From positions 388,986 to 452,985 of the forward strand of contig NW_005201287.1 of NCBI RefSeq assembly GCF_000372725.1: a DNA stretch of 64,000 bases, in the 5' to 3' direction. Numbering within the stretch: the stretch's first letter is position 1; every line of letters starts with the position of its first letter. Under the pieces are notes generated by a model that worked only from the letters and a program-made list of their open reading frames with translations, made no database searches and had not been told where the DNA came from. This stretch comes from Emiliania huxleyi CCMP1516 (taxonomy: Eukaryota). Of this stretch, positions 43,905 through 56,627 are shown piece by piece. Both the position numbers and the translations under genes were made by a program.

Positions 43905-44510
43905 GCGGGGGGGGGGGGGGGGGGACAGCTTTGCGCGGTCGAATTCAATTTGCGGGGGGTTTTGGGGATCCTGCCGACGCGCTACAGTTGTAGCCCCACT
44001 GCACATAAGATGGACACCTCACCGGGAGGGCCCTCGCAGCAGCCGGGGCCGACGCCTGCAGCCTTAGTCTTGGCCCGATCCGGCGGTATGCCACGGGTAG
44101 GCGCGTTGAGGCTTGCCGCCTCCTCTGCGCCAACGCGGCCTGTGCCGCAGTTTGCGATTGCCGCCAGACAAGAGGAGGAGCAGAGCCGTTTGGCGGCCCT
44201 GTTCACGCGCGCGCGAGACGTGCAGACAGGGTTGCCAGGTGAGAGCGAATGGCGCGGTTCACGCCTCGCACAACGGAGAGAGAGATGCGCTCTGCATGGT
44301 GGGACATCTCTCTGCCCTGTTCACGCGCGCGCGAGACGTGCAGACAGGGTTGCCAGGTGAGAGCGAATGGTTTGTTGTTTGTCTGGATTGGTGCGGCGTC
44401 GCGCGGCCGCGAGGGACCGCGGGGGGGATGTTAGCGGGATTGGGGGCTCTTAAGGGGAAGGGAGCGGGGGGCGCCCTATAGGGCGCCGGCACCCCAGCGT
44501 AGAGGGCGTG

Positions 44511-44681
44511 GTGTGAGTGAGTATTATTGATACGAAACCACGACGACACACACCAGTCGACTCGCATCGGTTGCCTCCATGAACGGCGGAGCTATTCTCG
44601 CGTCCACACCACACCTGGCTCCAACGTGGACACGCCCATAGCTGGGGACACTACTAGGTCACGCATGGCATCAGAAGTTTT
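44511..44681 (+). repeat. ~170-bp repeat, inverted copy at ~62747-62917
   Basis: gtgtgagtgagtatt...ctccaacgtggacacgcccatagctggggacactactagg...gcatcagaagtttt. Confidence 0.92.
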
Positions 44682-44773
44682 CGGTGTGCCTTCCCTTCTA
44701 AAATAAAAAGAAATCTCGCTACGGTAAAACGCGCCCGGCCCCAGCCGCCAACCACAACCCAGTCTCCCTCCGA

Positions 44774-47119
44774 ATGGCCGACGACGCCGAGGGGGAGAGC
44801 AAGCGGCGTTTGCCCCGGCGCGACGAGGATCATCTCGGCTCACGCTCCACTCTCGCGCCGCCTGAGGGCGAGAAGCGGCGCACGGCGCGGCGCGACGGAG
44901 TGGTCGGCTTCAAGCGTGCGGGTTGGGCGGAGAAGGACGAGGCCGTGCCCCAGAAGAAGGCGAAGCCTGCACGCGGCCGCGGCGGTGGCCGCGGTCGCGG
45001 CGGCCGCGGCGCCGGCCGCGCTGCCCACCTCCACGATCCAGCGAGGGCGGACGACGCGCAGTTTGACGACCTTGCGCTGCTGCGAGAGGGTGTGGGCGGC
45101 AAGCGTGCTGGCGCGGCGGGCGCAGGGGAGGCGACGCTCGACGGCAGGCCCGCCGGCGCGGGCAAGAAGGCGCCCGCGCGCAAGAAGCCAAAGGGCGCGA
45201 GCGGCTCGGGTGACGGCGGCGCCTCGGGGAGAGCGCTGCAGCCCACGGGCGGCAAGGCGGGCGGCGGGGGTGAGGCGGGGAACGGGGGCGGCGAGGCGGA
45301 GGGGTGTGAGGAGGCCGACGCCGAGGGAGGCGGCGAGGGGGCGGCGGGGGACCGCGGAGCGCGAGGCTCGTACGGCAAGCGCAAGGCGCGAGTCAAGCAG
45401 ATGGACGAAGGCGATTGGCCAGAGCTCAAGCCGCGCCACCTCCGAGGCAAGCGAAAGGAGGAGATGCTGCTGCGCCAAGCTGCGAACAAGGCGGCGGCGG
45501 CCGCACGGGTCGTGGCGGCGACGAGCGGCGGCGGCGGCGGCGCTGGGACGTCCGCCGCCGCAGATGAGGACGAGGAGGCGAGCGTGCTCAAGCTCACCCT
45601 CTGCCGGCTGCTGCGGCCGAAGCTCCGCCGCTGGGCGATGTACGAGTGGTTCTACTCGCCGGTCGACGTGGCGTGGTACCGCGAGAGCCCGTTCTGCGCC
45701 GCGCTGGGCGCGTGCGGCCTGGGGCAGGTCAGCGTGCTGCCTCGCGCAGAGTGGTCGTACGTCCGATCGCTGCTCGGCAAGCCGCGCCGCTTCTCGCCCG
45801 CGTACGTCGAGCAGGAGCGCGCGGCGCTGCGAGAGCACCGCGAAGGGGTGCGCGAGGCGAGGCGGAGAGCGGCGCGGCCGGCCGGGCTACTCGACGAGGC
45901 GACCACCTACGACCCGCGCGCGGCGGCGCAGCTGGCGGTCGGGCAGCGCGTCACCGCTCTCCACCCGCGGCTGCGTCAGCTCCACTCGGGCACGGTCCTC
46001 TCCCCCGACGGCGACCACTACAAGGTCCAGTTCGACTCTCCGAAGCTGGGCGTCCACCTCGTGGAGGACGTGCTGGTCGCGCCGCTGCTCGACGGGACTC
46101 GCGGCATCGACTTCACCTCGCCCCGCTCCCTCACCCCCGGCATTTCGCCCGACGAGGAGCCGGTGGCCAGCGGTACCGGCAAGACGGCGGTGGCCTCTGC
46201 CAACGAGCAGGCCAAGGCCGCGCCCAAGGAGCTGCAGCTGCTCGCCTACATCCTGCGCCTGCTGCAGAGGAAGCGGATGCTGATTGGGGAGCAGCGGGCC
46301 GTGTGCGGCGACTGCGAGGAGTACCTCCTCCGCGTCGGCCGAGAGGTGCACGAGGAGCACAAGGGGGCGCGCGGCGACGTCGACGCGCTGCTCGTCGAGC
46401 CAGGCACCGCCGGCCCAAAGGTTGAGGTGACGGCGGCGCAGCAGCGGCAGCTCGGGCAGGTCCCTCCCCCGCCGCTGCTGCCGCCGGTGCACGCGATGCT
46501 CAGTCTGCTGGCCGAGCACTCGGAGGCGGAGCACTCCGCGCTGCGCTCCGAGGTGCGGCGGTGGAGCCTCGAGATCAGCTGGCTGCAGGACGAGCTGCGC
46601 GGCACCTCGCGCCGGCTCGAGGAGGCGCTCGCGGCGATGCGGCCGATGTCGCAGCGCTTCTCGCTCGCGCTCGGCGCCTCGGCGCCAGAGCCAGTCACGG
46701 CTGGCGTGGGCGTGCTCGCGTGCGCAGACTTGCGCGAGGAGGCGGTCAGGGCGACCTCGGCCATACTCTCGCACGAGATCGCCTCCAGCACCGCCGCCGA
46801 CGCGGCCGCGGATGCCGCCGCCGCCGCCGCCGCCGATGCCGACGCCGCTTCCGACGTCGCCCCGTTGCTGCCGCCGCTCCCTTCCCCGCCTCCGCCCGCC
46901 GTGCGAGAGACGGTCTCGGCGGCGCTGATGCTGCTGCTACAGCTCCAGGCTTGGGCGAGGGCCCCCGCGTCCTCAGTCAACGACTGCTCCTCCTCGATCA
47001 GCGGCTCGCTGCGCGACCTCATCCCGGCCGTCGGCTCGGACGCCAACCTAAAGGCGTTCAATGCGGTGGCGAACGCGGCGCAGTCGCTCGAGCACATTCT
47101 GGCCAGCGGCGCGTCCTAA
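44774..47119 (+). CDS. LIN9: LIN-9/ALWAYS EARLY (DREAM/MuvB subunit, DIRP + Tudor-like)
   Basis: WAMYEWFYSPVD...LPRAEWSYVRSLLGKPRRFSPAYVEQER (DIRP), then LAVGQRVTALHP...YKVQFD. 781 aa, intronless. Confidence 0.93.
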   Translation: MADDAEGESKRRLPRRDEDHLGSRSTLAPPEGEKRRTARRDGVVGFKRAGWAEKDEAVPQKKAKPARGRGGGRGRGGRGAGRAAHLHDPARADDAQFDDLALLREGVGGKRAGAAGAGEATLDGRPAGAGKKAPARKKPKGASGSGDGGASGRALQPTGGKAGGGGEAGNGGGEAEGCEEADAEGGGEGAAGDRGARGSYGKRKARVKQMDEGDWPELKPRHLRGKRKEEMLLRQAANKAAAAARVVAATSGGGGGAGTSAAADEDEEASVLKLTLCRLLRPKLRRWAMYEWFYSPVDVAWYRESPFCAALGACGLGQVSVLPRAEWSYVRSLLGKPRRFSPAYVEQERAALREHREGVREARRRAARPAGLLDEATTYDPRAAAQLAVGQRVTALHPRLRQLHSGTVLSPDGDHYKVQFDSPKLGVHLVEDVLVAPLLDGTRGIDFTSPRSLTPGISPDEEPVASGTGKTAVASANEQAKAAPKELQLLAYILRLLQRKRMLIGEQRAVCGDCEEYLLRVGREVHEEHKGARGDVDALLVEPGTAGPKVEVTAAQQRQLGQVPPPPLLPPVHAMLSLLAEHSEAEHSALRSEVRRWSLEISWLQDELRGTSRRLEEALAAMRPMSQRFSLALGASAPEPVTAGVGVLACADLREEAVRATSAILSHEIASSTAADAAADAAAAAAADADAASDVAPLLPPLPSPPPPAVRETVSAALMLLLQLQAWARAPASSVNDCSSSISGSLRDLIPAVGSDANLKAFNAVANAAQSLEHILASGAS

Positions 47120-47475
47120 AGTAGAAGCGGCCTCGCGGCTGTCCGTGTCGAGTCTATGCACGGCATGTGCGCCGTGGATGCCGCCTCCCTCTAACGCCCC
47201 GCGCACCGGCGTCGGTTCCACCATGTTTGAGCCCTGGCTGAGGGCTCCGTACGGTTTTCCAAACTCAAAGAATTCTTCAGCTTTACACACAAGCGGTGCC
47301 GGCGGCGGCCCGCCACGCGCACGACGCGTCGACGACGACCTGATGCAGCCGGCTATTCTGTAGCGCTGCACAGTGCACATCGACTAGGGCGCTTCGGTAG
47401 CGTTGAGGATCAAGTCGGCCTCCCGAGTGGGCCCCTCAGGGGCCAGCTTCGCCCCGATTTCGATAGACTTGATGG

Positions 47476-48211
47476 TCAAAAGCTCGGCATCGCCAGTACT
47501 CCAAAACCGATCGTTGCTGCAAGGCACTCAGATTCCTCTTGTGTCAGACCACCATCTCCATATCCCTGCAGGCGCCGCCTGCAACCGCTTGTTGAGTCGA
47601 CGAACAGTTGGCAGACGAAGCGCCCCTCGTTCACGTTGACGAAGTTGGAGCTCTTCGCCGAGACGTGGCCGGAATAGTGAACGCACGGGTGCGTCTCCCA
47701 CGCCGTCTCGTTGTCGTTGCAGGGGCGGTGCTCGACCACCTTGAAGACCGAGATGCCCCAAGCCTGATCGCCCTGTCCATCCGTGCCGCACGCGGACGTC
47801 GGCTCGAGCAGCGCGATATTTATGGTCCCACGAGCTCGAAACCAGCGCGTCCGCCTCAGCCGCGTCGCCCTCGATGGTCTTCGCGAGATGATGCGGGAAA
47901 TCGGTGAACTTGACCGCCGCCTGCGGGTAGTACTCAAAGGAGATGCTGCCGATGAAGTGCGCCCTCGTGTCGCCCTCAGCACTTGTCTCCACGTCGTGCT
48001 CGGTCTCGACCGCCTTGAGGTTTGAGCAGAAGCCAGAGGTGGCGATGAGCCAGGCGGGGTCGTCGACCACGTTGGGGACGGGCGGACGGGGCACTGGAGC
48101 AAACGTAGTGCCACGAGCGGCCGGCGTGCTCTCGCGGGTGGTAGTGAGGCCGAGGGCGCCGGGCGCGAGGAGCAGAGTTATCGGCGCACACACCCGCGAC
48201 GCGGTTGGCAT
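47476..48211 (-). pseudogene. frameshifted paralogue of the N-terminal domain of the giant secreted protein
   Basis: PPVPNVVDDPAWLIATSGFCS...(frameshift near 47820)...NIALLEPTSAC...CVHYSGHVSA...GRFVCQLFVDS...RRRLQ matches both domain copies at 18640-19740. Confidence 0.8.
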
Positions 48212-48332
48212 TGGCACAACCGCCGGGGGTGCCCGCCGTGAATTCGTCCGACCGAAACCCTTTTCTTTTTTTTGTGTTTCCCGCGAAAGGGTCCGTAGAG
48301 GGCGTCGTGTAGCCCTCCTTTTGGTATAGCAT

Positions 48333-49619
48333 ATGCTTCTGCCCCGGAGCCCGGCCGCTGACGGTCCGTCGGCGGTGGTAAGCGCCTCGGATCGCCGGCG
48401 TGCCATCGCTATCGTCGCCGCCCTCGTCGTCGTCAACGTCTCAGCCGTTATGCTGCTCACCGTCGCCGTCGGGCGCTACCCCTCCCTCTCCGCTGGCGCC
48501 ACCCTCGCCTACACTTTTGGCCTCCGCCACGCCGTCGACGCTGACCACATTGCCGCCATCGACAACGTCACTCGCAAGCTCTCCTCCGCTCCGGCGCCCG
48601 GCACGGCTGGTGCGGCGGCCCGCCGGCCGGCGCCGCTGCTCGTCGGGCTCTTCTTCTCGCTGGGCCACTCGACGGTGGTGGGGCTCATGTGCCTCGGCGT
48701 GGCGCTCGGCTCGACCTACCTCTCCGACAACGTCACCTCCCTCAAAGAGTCGCTCGCGCCGATCGGTACCCTCGTCTCTGTGAGCGTGCTGCTTCTCGTC
48801 TCGGGCCTCAACATCGCCACCGCGCGGCGCCTGTACCACGACTACCACGAGAGGCGGGCCACGGGCGAGCACAGGCACTACAGCGCCTTCGGCGCAACCT
48901 TCTTCACCCACACGCACGCCGTCGAGGTTGACGAGTTCGCCGAGGTGAAGCCGAGTGGAGCGACGTCCGGCCTCCTCGCGCGGTGCTGCCCAGGCATCTT
49001 CCGCGGCATCACGGCGGAGTGGCACATGTACCCTGTCGGCCTGCTCTTCGGCCTCGGCTTCGACACCGCCTCGGAGATCGCCCTGCTCGGCCTCACCGCG
49101 ATGTCGTCAGACTCGGGCGTGCCTCCGCTGCTCACCCTGCTGCTGCCGCTGCTCTTCGCGTGCGCGATGTCGCTCGTCGACACTCTCGACGGAATGATGA
49201 TGCTTTTCATGTACCGGTGGGCGGGCGGCGACCCGGCGCGCCGCCTCTTCTTCAACCTCTTCCTCACCGCCCTCTCCGCCGCCATCGCGCTCGTGGTGGC
49301 CGCAGTCGAGCTGCTCGGCCAGGTGCAGGACAAGCTTCACCTCGCCGGACCCTTCTGGGACGGCGTCAAGAGCGTCAACGACCACTTCGAGTATGTTGGC
49401 TACTCAATCATTGCGCTGTTTGTCCTCTCGTGCGGCGGCGCGGCGGCCTACATGCGCCTCAGCCTGGGGGGCGGCGAGTGCGGCGGCGGGGGAGAGGAGG
49501 CGGAGGCGGAGGAGATGGCGGCGGCGCAGGAGAAGGCGAGGCAGGAGGGCGACTACCTGCGGCGGAGAATGCTCGCACTGGCGACGGGCGCGGCGAAGGC
49601 GAGGGAGATCGACGTTTGA
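48333..49619 (+). CDS. NiCoT-family high-affinity nickel/cobalt permease (HoxN/NixA/Nic1-like)
   Basis: FGLRHAVDADHIAAIDNVTRKL (RHAxDADH signature), GLFFSLGHSTVV, His-rich loop, YPVGLLFGLGFDTASEIALL, multiple TM helices. Confidence 0.97.
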   Translation: MLLPRSPAADGPSAVVSASDRRRAIAIVAALVVVNVSAVMLLTVAVGRYPSLSAGATLAYTFGLRHAVDADHIAAIDNVTRKLSSAPAPGTAGAAARRPAPLLVGLFFSLGHSTVVGLMCLGVALGSTYLSDNVTSLKESLAPIGTLVSVSVLLLVSGLNIATARRLYHDYHERRATGEHRHYSAFGATFFTHTHAVEVDEFAEVKPSGATSGLLARCCPGIFRGITAEWHMYPVGLLFGLGFDTASEIALLGLTAMSSDSGVPPLLTLLLPLLFACAMSLVDTLDGMMMLFMYRWAGGDPARRLFFNLFLTALSAAIALVVAAVELLGQVQDKLHLAGPFWDGVKSVNDHFEYVGYSIIALFVLSCGGAAAYMRLSLGGGECGGGGEEAEAEEMAAAQEKARQEGDYLRRRMLALATGAAKAREIDV

Positions 49620-49913
49620 CTAACGTATGGCTAACACATTTCTGGCGCGTTGTGGGCATGTGCCCGGCACACGTCCAGCTAAGTAAGGGCCGGCACGGCG
49701 GCAGCGGGCCCAGGCGGAAAGTACCTTCTCAACCGTGGAGACGCACAATAACGGTGCGTAGAGCCGTAGAGACACCATTTCGCGCGCTAACCAATGGTAA
49801 AATATATCATCCCGGTGCCGCGGTCGATATACTTTAGAGTGAGCCGTTGGTATAGAGCCGTGTACGCGCGGGACCACGATTGAGATGGCTAGTGCCATTT
49901 CACTCTGGCACAG

Positions 49914-50629
49914 CGCGCGCTACTTGTTACTAAACCCGTTGATTTGACCATTTGCGCAAAAAGGTACATCTCGGTGCCTTCCAGAGGCAGCTGCGACCCC
50001 GCCGAGTAGACGGCGGCACACAGCAGGTGGCGCGGTGTGCCGCCGTCCACTCGGCAGGGTCGCAGCTGCCTCTGCGCGTCCTGTGGATGTACCTTTGTCG
50101 CGCGCCGGAGATGACTCGACGCCGCTGAGATCGGAGATCAAGCTCTGACAGGTCGCACGTCGCTCCTTTGACGCCGACGTGATTTACCCGTGCAGATCAC
50201 ATCAGGACACGGTCTCGACGCGCTCGGTACGCTGCCTGCGACCCGTCTCGGGTCAGGTGGCACGACGCTCATCGCGCCTACCAGCGCTGCCGTGCAGGTT
50301 GCCACGACGAGGTCGAGCACGCTTCTATACGCTCGCCGAGCCTTCCTTTCCATCCCATGAGGCAGCCTGGGAACGGTGGCGGTCAGAGGCAAAGCCTACG
50401 AGGGGTGGTGGAACCACATGTCACGGCTACTGCCGGCTCGACCCCACGATAGCCTCCGAAGGCTGACTTTGAGGCACCATCATCGGACGATGTCGACGAT
50501 TTGGGTCGCTCTCGCGGTAGCCAGATGACCTCTCATACTAGGAGCATCGGCCATGGCCGCAGGGAGCGCGGGGGAGGGCGCTGGAAGCAACACGGAGCTC
50601 CGTTGGAGACGTTTTCAAGATTAGCGTGT
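49914..50629. mobile_element. nested 716-bp insertion inside the left TIR
   Basis: CAG duplicated at 49911-49913 and 50630-50632; contains the repeat also found at 35873-36366. Confidence 0.7.
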
Positions 50630-51985
50630 CAGCAGTGCTCGATCTTTACCGGTATGGGAGTTTTTGGCTAATCAAACCCAAGGCCTGCACTAATCAAAAA
50701 GTGGTACGGGATACCAGTTGCCTCACGGAAATCAAAGCGAGTCGGAGTGCCTTCTTGGTGGCAAAATCTGGCAAAATCGGCAAAATCGGCAAAATACCGG
50801 GTATTTTGCGCGGTATTTTGCCTGGAAAAACCCGGTTATACCCGGGTAATACCCAGGGTAGGCTCCGCCCCACTGTGATTCGAACTGAGCGACGGCAGGA
50901 CCCTTTGAAATCATGAATGGCGGCGTCCGGTGAGGCCCCCACGGCCGGGGGTGGTAAGTGGGTGATAGGATGGCCATAAACGACCATCACACCGGCCACC
51001 GGACCCCTCCACCCCCCCAAACACAGTCCAAACCGGCCCCGGCGGCCGGCGGGACGCACGCCGGCGCAGCACCATCAAGCTGCTGTACGGCCCCGGCATC
51101 GCCTCCCCAGAATTAGCTCTCAGTCAAGATATTGTGCACATGGGTGGCCTCTACAATATACTCACTGACACTGAACCTCCCAGAGCTCGTACCGGTCCGT
51201 CACGGCCATCCTCGTCCTCCGCGGCGCCGGCTCCGGCCCCTCCGCCGCACTGTGATGAGCGTCGGCAGGACCCTTTGAAATCATAAATGGCGGCGTCTGG
51301 AGAGGCCCCCACGGCCGGGGGCGGTAAGTGGGTGATAGGAGGGTGATAAACGACCATCACACCGGCCACCGGACCACTCCACCCCCCCAAACACATTCCA
51401 AACCGGCCCCGGCGGCCGCCGTGCAGGAGGCCGCCGGGGCGCACCAAACGGCCCTTCACGGCCGCCACACGGGCCACCACGGCCCGTCCCGGTGGCACGG
51501 GTGCCGCCGCGCACCCGCCCGACGCCCCCGGCCCGCCAGCTTCCGCTCTGGGGGGCTTCACCTCCGCCAGCGGGCCGAGCGCGCCGCCTTCTCGCCGCGC
51601 TGCGGCCGCACGCCCGAGAAGTGGCCGAAGGGCGACCTACGCGGCACTAAAATCACGACTAGAAGCGCCGCCCGCCAGCAGGCAGCTTGCCCGCCGCGCG
51701 CCGCGCGCCGCCGCAGCCCCCGGCCGGCGCTGGAAGGGCTATGCCGGCCGGTAGCCGCCGTCGCGCCGCCCGGCGGCCGCGTGGGCCGCAGCGTTTTGGG
51801 GAGGCGGCCCCAGGACGCCCCGAGCGGAGCTACTAAAAGCCCTGGGGCCCGGGGTGGGGGGCCGGGAAGGGCCACTTGGGCCAATGTTGGTGGCGTTGGG
51901 TCCCCGGGGCATCGCCTTTTGGGGTCCCCGGGGAAGGTCCGTTGGTTGTTTTGTGGGAATTTGGGGCTTAGAACCGAAGGAGGCC

Positions 51986-52085
51986 NNNNNNNNNNNNNNN
52001 NNNNNNNNNNNNNNNNNNNNNNNNNNNNNNNNNNNNNNNNNNNNNNNNNNNNNNNNNNNNNNNNNNNNNNNNNNNNNNNNNNNNN
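51986..52085. other. assembly gap (100 N)
   Basis: N run. Confidence 1.
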
Positions 52086-53728
52086 CGTCAAGGCGGCATG
52101 GGCCGCAGAGGCGGCGAGAAGGGCGGTGGCGTCGTCTCGTCGAGTGCGGAGTCAGAGAGAGCGTGTAGGCGCGTTGGCGGCGGTGTCAGCGGAGGGGAGG
52201 GCGATGAGGAGGGCAGTGGCGGTGGCGGCGCCGAGCCCAGTCGCGTGGGCGGCATCGAGGCAAATAACGGGGCCGGAGGCGGCCCGGAGGGCGGCATCGG
52301 CGGCGCGGCGGCAGCGGCAACGGGCGGGAGGGTGGGCCGGCGGCGGCGTTGGGCGAGGCGGCGGCGCGGGTGGCAGTGGCCGGGGCGGCGGTGCGGGTGG
52401 GCGGGAGGCGGCCGCCGACGGTGGGGGTGGCGGCCGGGCCATCGGCGGCAGGCGGCGCGGCGGGTGGGGCGGCAGCGGGGCACCAGGAGATGGTGCCGTG
52501 GGCAGCGCTGCGGGGAAGGGAGCAAGGGGCGGAGGGAGGGAGGAGGGGGGGGCGGCTCGCCTGCCGCCCTCGAGCCGCGACAGCCGGTGCCGTGGCCGGC
52601 CCGCCTTCGAACGTGAAGGGGGGACGGCCTCATGCCGCCTCACCGCGCGACGCGGCGGCCGGCCGCCACCTCAAAGGAGGCCTCTCGCGCTCAAAATACG
52701 TGCGAGGCACCTGCCGAAGGGGGTGGGGTGGTCGGGCGGTCTAGGGGAAGGCGTCTCCGGTGGGTGGGCGCCGCTCCTACAGCGCGCGGGGCGGGGAGGC
52801 CGACTGCGGCGGTGATACGGTCGCGCGCGCGGGGCGTGGAGGGCCAGGGAGGTGGAATCCGGGGCGGCGGAACCTTCCGATTTTTTGCGGCTTTAATTAG
52901 CCCGAGGCTGGCCGGAGAGGATTGACCGGTCCGATTTTTGTTTTTCCGCTGCTCCAGCCGGCCAGCCGTGCCTACGGCGAGAAAAGGAGCGTCCGACCCG
53001 GTCCGATCTCGCGCTCCAGCGGGAACGCCGAGCGCCTCGGACGCCAAGCGGAAACGGCGTTCCGAGGCGGGGCGCGGTGGCGATCACCGGTCGGCGCCTG
53101 CGCGGCCGGCCGGCCCGGTGGGTCGCCACGGCACATGCGCCGCGCGCCGTCGCCAGGCCCCGCCGCCGCCCCGCCAGAGCAGCGGCGAGATGGGAGGCGG
53201 TCGGCGGGTACCATCGGCTCTTCGAGCGAGCTTTCAGCTCACTTTGACGACGCTAGGAAAATCAATTCGTGGAATCCAGTTCGAGATGCAGTGAGGCGGA
53301 GCCTACCCTGACCCGCACTTTTGCATGGTTTCGCCCCCGGGACAACACCGACAGCCGCTACAACTAATGAAAACCCCGCATACCACTTTCGCGTACCACT
53401 ATACCATACCACTCCAAAACTAATCAAAATATCGCCAAATACCGGTCACGTGTCATACCGGTATAAAGATCGAGCACTGCGGTGTCAGAGTGAAATGGCA
53501 CTAGCCGATAACACTTTGTGTCATATCAGTCAAATGACAAATCGTGCGCCGCTCTCGTTTTGATTTGACGGAGGTTTGGTCTCCGGGTCTAGGACATGAA
53601 AAAGAATTGACGAGGCGGAAGGAAAGAAATCGAAACTGGCTGTGAGAATCGCCCGCCTCGCGCGCGCCTGGCCCGGCGCCGCCCGCTAGCGGCGCTTGCC
53701 TGCCCCGACCCTCCGACCGCGTGCTGAC

Positions 53729-56322
<2,594 letters not shown>

Positions 56323-56627
56323 TCACGCCGGAATCGTGAACCGTGAACTGTGAACCAACTAGCCCCCGCCCCGAGTCCGTGAACCCCGAACCGTGAACCG
56401 ACTAGCCCCCACCCTGAGTCCGTGAACCGTGATCCGTGAACCGACTCCTCCCGCGACACCCGCCGCGAACCGTGAACCGTGAACGAACCGAGTCTGGCGA
56501 ACCGGCGGTGAACCGCCGGTTCGCGAACTGGGTTCGCGAACTGGTTCGTGAACCGCCCCCACCAAGTTCGCGCGGCGGTTCGCGAACTGGGTTCGCGAGA
56601 ACTGGTTCGTGAACCGCCCCCACCAAC

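Larger units (their letters stand above)
40178..44262. mobile_element. putative fold-back element with long inverted ends and nested inserts
   Basis: 40178-40244 is inverted at 44195-44262, and 40240-40310 is inverted at 42917-42991. Termini and TSD not defined. Confidence 0.55.
49887..53506. mobile_element. TIR element with 3-bp TSD (PIF/Harbinger-like), 3.6 kb including a gap
   Basis: TIR ggctagtgccatttcactctg(g/a)cac matches at 24/25. TSD GAT at 49884-49886 and 53507-53509. The left TIR continues at 50630 after a nested insert. Internal direct repeat 50890-51050 / 51258-51418. Confidence 0.85.

Noticed and set aside
48333..49619. Bacterial contamination (NiCoT, BspA, UvrD)
   Set aside because: Contiguous with spliceosomal-intron genes, LIN9 and eukaryotic transposons, with matching composition.
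51328..52815. 495-aa ORF as a transposase
   Set aside because: Low-complexity, spans a gap, and has no DDE or Myb motifs.
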